A DNA stretch of 64,000 nt, taken from IMG/VR virus record IMGVR_UViG_2617270980_000003, one strand, 5' to 3'. Position numbers and translations under genes: made by a program. Of the stretch, positions 57,209-64,000 are shown one piece after another. The notes beneath the pieces were generated by a model. It was not told the DNA's origin. It did not search any database and saw nothing but the letters and a program-made list of their open reading frames with translations. Position 1 is the stretch's first letter. Each line of letters starts with the position of its first letter. This DNA is from a virus. Lineage: Duplodnaviria > Heunggongvirae > Uroviricota > Caudoviricetes.

Positions 57209-58222
57209 ATGACAATTAAGAAACTCGATGATGGTCGTTATGAAGTGGACATTAGACCTAGCGGACGCAACGGAAAACGCATCCGCAGGAAGTTTGACAA
57301 GAAAAGTGAGGCAGTGGCCTTTGAGAAGCACACGCAATACAACCACCACAACAAGGATTGGTTAGCGAAGCCGACCGATAAAAGGCAACTTTCCGAATTG
57401 ATTCAAATCTGGTGGGAACTCAAGGCAAAGCACGAGGAATGGGGAAAGTACAATCGGGGAAAGGTCGAGAAATTCGCGGCGATAACCGGTGATCCGTGCG
57501 CGTTTCAGATTACAAAGACGGTAATTAGCCAGTATGTTGCAGCTCGGCGAGGTGAAGGCGTTAAGCCATCTACCATCAATCGGGATCTGACATGCATCAG
57601 CGGAATGTTTACCGCTCTGATTGAGGCCGAGCTATACCATGGCGAACACCCGATAAGAGGACGTAAACGACTCAAAGAGGAGAAGCCCGAAACGGGCTAT
57701 TTAACCAACGAGGAAATTACCGCCCTTTTCTCGCGGCTCGATGGTGACAATAAAAAAATAGCGGTTCTTTGCCTAAGCACGGGCGCTAGGTGGGGTGAAG
57801 CGGCAAAACTGAAAGCCGAGCACATCATCCATAATCGGGTGACGTTTGTTAAAACCAAAACGAACAAACCCCGAACGGTGCCAGTATCGGCAGAAGTATG
57901 TGAAATACTCACCAGCGTGAAGCGCGGCTTCCTGTTCCCGAATGCCGATTACACGTTGTTCCGGCAGGTACTGAAAGAGGTAAAGCCCGACCTGCCAGCA
58001 GGACAGGCAACCCATGCTCTACGGCACAGTTTTGCTACGCATTTCATGATTAACGGAGGAAGCATTATCACGCTACAAAGGATACTCGGTCACGCGCGCA
58101 TAGAGCAGACAATGGTCTACGCGCACTTCGCGCCAGAGTATTTACAAGATGCCGTAACACTCAATCCGTTAAAGGGCGGCATTGAACCCGAAAACGTCCA
58201 CACAGTGTCCACACTCGGGTGA
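57209..58222 (+). CDS. int: Tyrosine integrase (P2 Int-like)
   Basis: 337 aa; C-terminal catalytic region ...HALRHSFATHFMINGGSIITLQRILGHARIEQTMVYAHF... Confidence 0.9.
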   Translation: MTIKKLDDGRYEVDIRPSGRNGKRIRRKFDKKSEAVAFEKHTQYNHHNKDWLAKPTDKRQLSELIQIWWELKAKHEEWGKYNRGKVEKFAAITGDPCAFQITKTVISQYVAARRGEGVKPSTINRDLTCISGMFTALIEAELYHGEHPIRGRKRLKEEKPETGYLTNEEITALFSRLDGDNKKIAVLCLSTGARWGEAAKLKAEHIIHNRVTFVKTKTNKPRTVPVSAEVCEILTSVKRGFLFPNADYTLFRQVLKEVKPDLPAGQATHALRHSFATHFMINGGSIITLQRILGHARIEQTMVYAHFAPEYLQDAVTLNPLKGGIEPENVHTVSTLG

Positions 58223-58526
58223 TTTATAGCGGCTTTCAGTGGCTTTATGTGGTGCTCAAACCCGCATTACACCGCTGAAAGCCCGTATATCAAAGGGCTA
58301 CCAACGCCCCCGATGGAGCCTTCATTTTCACTTTCTTAAATCTAACGATAGACGGCTAACATTTAAGTATTGTGAAATATTATCAAATGTAATCATCATT
58401 GATTTACAAAAGATACATTTTGCCCCGAAAGGATTCCTGTCAGAAACATCAAAAGATGATGTTCTATACTGAGAACCATGGCAACACGGGCATCTAAAGT
58501 GAATATGGTTTGTAATATTTTCTACC

Positions 58527-58742
58527 TCAAAGTGCCACAACATGAACAGCCGCGGGGCCTTTAGGTCCGTTCTCAATACCAAATTCGACTTCCTGATTCT
58601 CAGTTAACGTTTTGAAATCGTTGCTCTGAATAGCTGAGAAATGGACAAACACATCTTTGCTACCATCTTTCGGCGTGATGAAACCAAAACCTTTTTCAGG
58701 GTTAAACCATTTCACTAAACCAGTCATTTTGTTAGACATCAT
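58527..58742 (-). CDS. cspI: Cold-shock protein, CspA family (CspI-like prophage moron)
   Basis: [38 protein letters not shown]... with RNP1/RNP2 motifs; sits downstream of Rz as cspI does in Qin. Confidence 0.75.
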   Translation of the reverse strand: MMSNKMTGLVKWFNPEKGFGFITPKDGSKDVFVHFSAIQSNDFKTLTENQEVEFGIENGPKGPAAVHVVAL

Positions 58743-59102
58743 TATTACCTTTTGAAGAAGTTAGCCCTTGGGCAGAATGGTCCGAAAAAAAATATCAGAG
58801 AGAAAAACCAACAAGGAAATCTCAAGAGGTACAAATAATAAAATTATAACAATGACTGCTTCAGATAATTTTGTAACAAACCAGAACACCATTAACGCAT
58901 GATTAACCAACCATAGCAAGGATTACTTTTGTAAAGAAAAACACACGAATGAAACAATAGCTTTATTTATTAATAAAACGTGTCATTCTGTCTAATGACC
59001 TTTTATCTTACCCTTAAGATTTCAAGGATTTTGACTCATGGAAGAGTCCTTTTTATTTAAATTTCACATTCAGCGCTAAAAATAATCCGATTTAATATTA
59101 AT

Positions 59103-60130
<1,028 letters not shown>

Positions 60131-60451
60131 GGATATTTATCAGGATTTATCGGCTTCAAATCCCCGGATATGTTAAATCTTACCTCACCAGTGATGGGCA
60201 CTGGCGGGAGGGGGGTGTCAATCTGATAAACACAAAGGCGACTATGGATTACACAAAACTACCTAAACAAACTTTTGCTGATTTAATCGCACTCAGGCAA
60301 GCAGTCGTAGCTCTAATCAACTTGTTGCCGGAGAAGGAAAAGGAATTAGTTAAAGCGCTTCTTAACAGAACTGCCGCCGATTTTTCATCATATCCACTGA
60401 CAGATGACCTTGCGGACCTTCCTGAATTAATTGCAGCGTCCGCCAATAAGC

Positions 60452-61003
60452 TTACTGAAGAGATTTACCCTCCTCAAAAATCTTCACAAAATTCCTGCGA
60501 GTAACTTCAATGCAATAATCGTAAAACGCCGCAAACTGCTCATCGCGGCGTTTTTTTTCATCTTCAGAAGGAATCAGCACCGACAATTTTTTATTCAGAT
60601 CAGCGACGCTGCCCTCCAGTTTTTCAATGGGCGATTCAATATCATCTTTTTCTGACCGCAATGCCGTCGGTGGCGTCTTCAGAGAACCAGTAATTCTTCC
60701 CGGTAGCTTTCCTTTGTAGGTTATCCACACATTCTGCGCCTCTAAAATTATGGGGCGCTTTTCCGGCGACTGCTCATCCCCTTCACATAACCCGGCAGCA
60801 ACATCCAGGAAGACCTGTCTGATGCTCCTTCTGGCTGCTGCCTCATAAAACTCCAGCGCGGCACCTTCAACACGGTCCAGCGAGATGTCCAGGTCAAAAA
60901 TTTCACCGTCAAAGTGTTTTTTGTCCCGTAAGGCTACAGTTACCGCCACTTTATTCTCAAAATTGCGAACTCCTTTCACAACCAGTTCATAGTCTTGAGT
61001 CAT
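60452..61003 (-). CDS. Hypothetical protein inserted between holin and endolysin
   Basis: ATG 61003 lies 5 nt after the holin stop; occupies the ydfR position of Qin but is longer; track start 61024 is TTG. Confidence 0.45.
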   Translation of the reverse strand: MTQDYELVVKGVRNFENKVAVTVALRDKKHFDGEIFDLDISLDRVEGAALEFYEAAARRSIRQVFLDVAAGLCEGDEQSPEKRPIILEAQNVWITYKGKLPGRITGSLKTPPTALRSEKDDIESPIEKLEGSVADLNKKLSVLIPSEDEKKRRDEQFAAFYDYCIEVTRRNFVKIFEEGKSLQ

Positions 61004-61007
61004 TGGA

Positions 61008-61223
61008 TTACTCTCTTCTCGCAACCTTACGCCTGTCTTCTTTAATCTTGAAATAAAGGTTTGTCAGATACGTCAGCATGCCAAATACCAGACTACCCAA
61101 TACACCTATTGCCGCCCACTGTGAGGGCGTGACTTTATCGAGCAACTGTAAAAACCAGTAGCCAGCACTGCCTGCAGAGGTGCTGTAGGCGATGCCCGTT
61201 GTTAACTTATCCATGGATTTCAT
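61008..61223 (-). CDS. Class II holin / pinholin (S21/EssD-like)
   Basis: From ATG 61223: [71 protein letters not shown] (71 aa), near-identical to phage-21-type holin as recalled. Confidence 0.8.
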   Translation of the reverse strand: MKSMDKLTTGIAYSTSAGSAGYWFLQLLDKVTPSQWAAIGVLGSLVFGMLTYLTNLYFKIKEDRRKVARRE

Positions 61224-61413
61224 AGCCTCACCTCCGCAGATAACGGATGGTGTACACGGTTTGGTTCGAAGAAGGAAAGAAGTTACATTAGCGTAAGGCC
61301 CGAACATCTATTCAAAAAGAAAAACGCCAGCAATTATTCTGGCGTAGCTAAAAATATCGTATAATCTTACACTTCAAAAAATAACTTTATAAAATGCCAT
61401 CACATCATATCTT

Positions 61414-62136
61414 CTAAGAAAATCTTGATAAATATTGGTGCGGAGGCACACCAAAATATCCTCTAAAAACACTTACAAAATATGATGCATTGTCATACCC
61501 GCATATTCCCGCCACCTTGCCGACAGTATGGTTACTGTAGATCAATAATCTTTGCGCCATCATCATTCGTTCTTCAAGAATTAATTTACTAAACGATAAT
61601 CCTTCGTCTTTTAATTTTCTTTTTAACAAACTCTCGCTCATATATAATCTTGAAGATATATCACAAAGTCTCCATGACGCTGAGATATCCGAGTGAATAA
61701 TAGCCTTAACTTTACAACCTAAGCTATTAAGACTTCCGAACAAAAAACTTTGCACTATTTTCTCTGAAGATAAGACAGCAAGACATGCAAGTGATATTTG
61801 ATTTCTAACTACATCCACGGTTTTGCTATCACAATTCAAGCATGCAACCAAGTTCCTTAACAATGAAAAATCTTCACATTCTACTATCAAGTATGACGGA
61901 TAAAACCTTCTTACAGAAAAAGGTGAGAGTGTGTAGTTTTTAAAGAAATCATTAACTGTTTTCTCCTCAATATCTACGATCATTAGATGATCTGTATTTG
62001 ACGAAAAAAGATCTTTTAAATTGTATTCAATGAGGACAGCATTTCCTTTTTTAAACAAAATATCTTCTTTACCAATTCGGACACCAAACGAGTTCAACAC
62101 CAAAATGATAGAACATATGTATGGCATATTATCCAC
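61414..62136 (-). CDS. AraC-family transcriptional regulator
   Basis: C-terminal AraC HTH ...GKVAGICGYDNASYFVSVFRGYFGVPPHQY; AT-rich gene with long AT-rich upstream region. Confidence 0.7.
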   Translation of the reverse strand: MDNMPYICSIILVLNSFGVRIGKEDILFKKGNAVLIEYNLKDLFSSNTDHLMIVDIEEKTVNDFFKNYTLSPFSVRRFYPSYLIVECEDFSLLRNLVACLNCDSKTVDVVRNQISLACLAVLSSEKIVQSFLFGSLNSLGCKVKAIIHSDISASWRLCDISSRLYMSESLLKRKLKDEGLSFSKLILEERMMMAQRLLIYSNHTVGKVAGICGYDNASYFVSVFRGYFGVPPHQYLSRFS

Positions 62137-62533
62137 CTGATATCATTGGGGTTACACCAGGTAAGTATAGGTGGAAAATCAATATTCGCCAGTTCAACAA
62201 TAAGGAAAATCTCATTGCATCACAACTATAAAACCATGTGTTTAACTCACAAAAAACAAATCATTAAACTAATCTGTTATATTATAATAGCTGCGTGCAA
62301 TAATAATATTATATGCTCTTTATATTCACTTGAAATATCTTCATATAAAAACAGATTGAATAAAATCTTTTGGGGCTGGTATGTTTACCAACATTAAATT
62401 GCATCTCAATGTTTTCTTTAGCGTGAACAGGATTTTTATAAAAACTGACACTATGAGCATCATAGCGTAGTTTTTACGATTGTAAATATCCTGCATACAG
62501 GAACTCATCACTTTCAGATGATATCGCATACAG

Positions 62534-63493
62534 TTAATTCACCATCAGTCTTAGAGCCAGTTCTTCCGGATAGGGATCGAAGTAATTCTGTGTAAGCAAG
62601 TAATCATTAGGATACTCACCCAGATAATGCTTCAGCAGAGTCAACGGCGCAAGAAGAGGCAATGTGCCAAAGCGATAGTTAAGTATAACCTCGCTCAACT
62701 CTTTACGCTGGCGTGTACTTAAGTAATTACTAAAATACCCCTGTATATGCATCAGCACATTCGTGTGATTTTTACGTGATGCTGGTTTTCTGAGAATCGC
62801 CATCAGATTATCACGATACACCTCAAAGTATGATTCAAGGTCCGCCCACTCGTGTATTGCAGCCACAAATGGTCCCATATCTTTATAGCCTGCCTGGCTA
62901 TGCGCCAACAACTGAAGCTTATAACGACTATGAAAAGCTAATAACTCTCTTCTTGATAATTTCTCCTTGTAAAGGTGATTGAGCTCATGCAAAGCAAAAA
63001 CTCTTTCAATAAAATTCTCACGAAGCACTGGATCATGTAATCGCCCATCCTCTTCAACCGGTAGCCAGGAAAACTTTTCCATCAAAGTGCTCGTAAATAG
63101 TCCCACTCCATCTTTACGACCTCGATTACCATTTTCATCATAGACACGCACGCGCTCCATGCCACAGCTGGGAGATTTAGCACAAACCACAAACCCCGAT
63201 ACATCCTTTAATTTGTCCATATAAGAACGACTAAACTCTGTCATTCTCTCTGTCACATCCTCATTCTGGTCGTGGCTGAAACACATCCGTATATTTCCTT
63301 GCTTCGAGCGCACAAGTCGTAGAGCAGGACGCGGAACTGGCAGCCCTATAGCCATTTCCGGACATACTGGTCTGAATGTTACCCATTCCACTAATTTGTC
63401 CATTAAAAAGTCATCTCTTTTGTGACCACCATCAAAACGAACAGCAGAACCGCCCAAACAACCGCTGATCCCAATCACAGGTTTTTTTATCAT
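62534..63493 (-). CDS. DUF523/DUF1722-family protein (YbgA-like)
   Basis: 319 aa; N-terminal Cys-containing ...GISGCLGGSAVRFDGGHK...CPEM...; family assignment from memory. Confidence 0.5.
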   Translation of the reverse strand: MIKKPVIGISGCLGGSAVRFDGGHKRDDFLMDKLVEWVTFRPVCPEMAIGLPVPRPALRLVRSKQGNIRMCFSHDQNEDVTERMTEFSRSYMDKLKDVSGFVVCAKSPSCGMERVRVYDENGNRGRKDGVGLFTSTLMEKFSWLPVEEDGRLHDPVLRENFIERVFALHELNHLYKEKLSRRELLAFHSRYKLQLLAHSQAGYKDMGPFVAAIHEWADLESYFEVYRDNLMAILRKPASRKNHTNVLMHIQGYFSNYLSTRQRKELSEVILNYRFGTLPLLAPLTLLKHYLGEYPNDYLLTQNYFDPYPEELALRLMVN

Positions 63494-63685
63494 TTCCTCC
63501 CCCTTGACTAATTCATTAACACATAAACTTTGTAGTGCACGGACTAAATTGCCTTTCTGGCTTCATCACTGACAATTTTTCTGTTATTGACTATTCCTAA
63601 TATAGTAGGAAAGTTCTTTAAGTGATCGGTCGTACTCATCTATCTTTCATACTTACTCTCAACTATCAAAAGTACAGGATTTATT

Positions 63686-64000
63686 ATGAAGTTATGGCCT
63701 GTGTTGACTGGCATTGCACTCTCTTTCACTCTTATAGCATGTAAGGCCCCGACACCACCTAAAGGTGTGCAGCCGATTACAAATTTTGACGCCAACCGCT
63801 ACCTCGGAAAATGGTATGAAATAGCTCGCCTCGAGAACTGGTTCGAACGTGGTCTGGAACAGGTCAGCGCTACTTATGAAAAACGGAACGACGGAGGGAT
63901 TCGCGTACTTAACCGTGGATACGATCCAACGAAAAACAAATGGAGCGAGAGCGAAGGTAAAGCATACTTTACTGGAGATACTAAAACTGCAGCGTTGAAA
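63686..64000 (+). CDS. blc: Outer-membrane lipocalin Blc-like, 5' part (continues beyond window); not in ORF track
   Basis: ATG 63686: MKLWPVLTGIALSFTLIACKAPTPPKGV...FDANRYLGKWYEIARLENWFERGLEQVSATY..., lipobox plus lipocalin motif, similar to E. coli Blc as recalled. Confidence 0.7.
   Translation, partial: MKLWPVLTGIALSFTLIACKAPTPPKGVQPITNFDANRYLGKWYEIARLENWFERGLEQVSATYEKRNDGGIRVLNRGYDPTKNKWSESEGKAYFTGDTKTAALK

Larger units (their letters stand above)
26300..58300 (-). mobile_element. P2-like prophage, apparently complete (approximate boundaries; att cores not resolved)
   Basis: Full P2-order gene complement from ogr/D to C/int; flanked by lambdoid moron genes on both sides. Confidence 0.85.

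Noticed and set aside
58223-58526. Possible tRNA gene or att core at the P2-like left junction
   Set aside because: No cloverleaf-compatible sequence or direct repeat of 12 bp or more shared with 26256-26381 could be found by eye; the junction is left unresolved.
60244-60504. 86-aa plus-strand ORF between lysozyme and the inserted ORF
   Set aside because: Overlaps the convergent 60452..61003 ORF and has no recognisable motif or RBS; left unannotated as ambiguous.
62146-62397. 83-aa plus-strand ORF in AT-rich region
   Set aside because: Sits in the AT-rich upstream region of the AraC-family gene, with low-complexity Ile/Asn-rich translation; more likely promoter DNA.

Overview
This window looks like an Enterobacteriaceae (E. 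coli-like) prophage graveyard built from nested mobile elements. (1) An IS1 fragment at the left edge (1-304) interrupts (2) the left arm of a Mu-like transposable prophage (305-~7884: XRE-type repressor on +, then ner, DDE transposase A, AAA+ protein B, small early ORFs and Gam on -). (3) That Mu-like element sits inside the J tail-fibre gene of a lambdoid prophage, whose tail, head and terminase genes (7885-24607, all on -) and phage-21/Qin-type lysis cassette (59103-61223) are separated by (4) an apparently complete ~32 kb P2-like prophage (~26300-58300: ogr, D, FI-FII-E/E'-T-U, acyltransferase moron, G-H-I-J-W-V-S-R, lysis genes, X, L, M, N, O, P, Q, cos, cargo, A, dam, cox, C, int). The right edge carries an AT-rich AraC-family regulator, a DUF523/DUF1722 protein and the start of a Blc-like lipocalin. 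The best candidate for an undescribed system is the cos-proximal cargo hotspot of the P2-like prophage (47903-51157, the position of old/tin in P2), which holds a KAP-family P-loop NTPase and a 383-aa protein with no recognisable domains. Second is an acyltransferase-3 moron at the Z/fun position. The P2-like FI-U tail operon is inverted relative to canonical P2 order and shares a single Ogr-type TGT-N12-ACA site with divergent gene D. All protein assignments rest on reading the translations against remembered family sequences and on synteny; no searches were run, and exact element boundaries and att cores were not resolved. The supplied ORF track uses GTG/TTG as well as ATG starts, so several starts are revised below.
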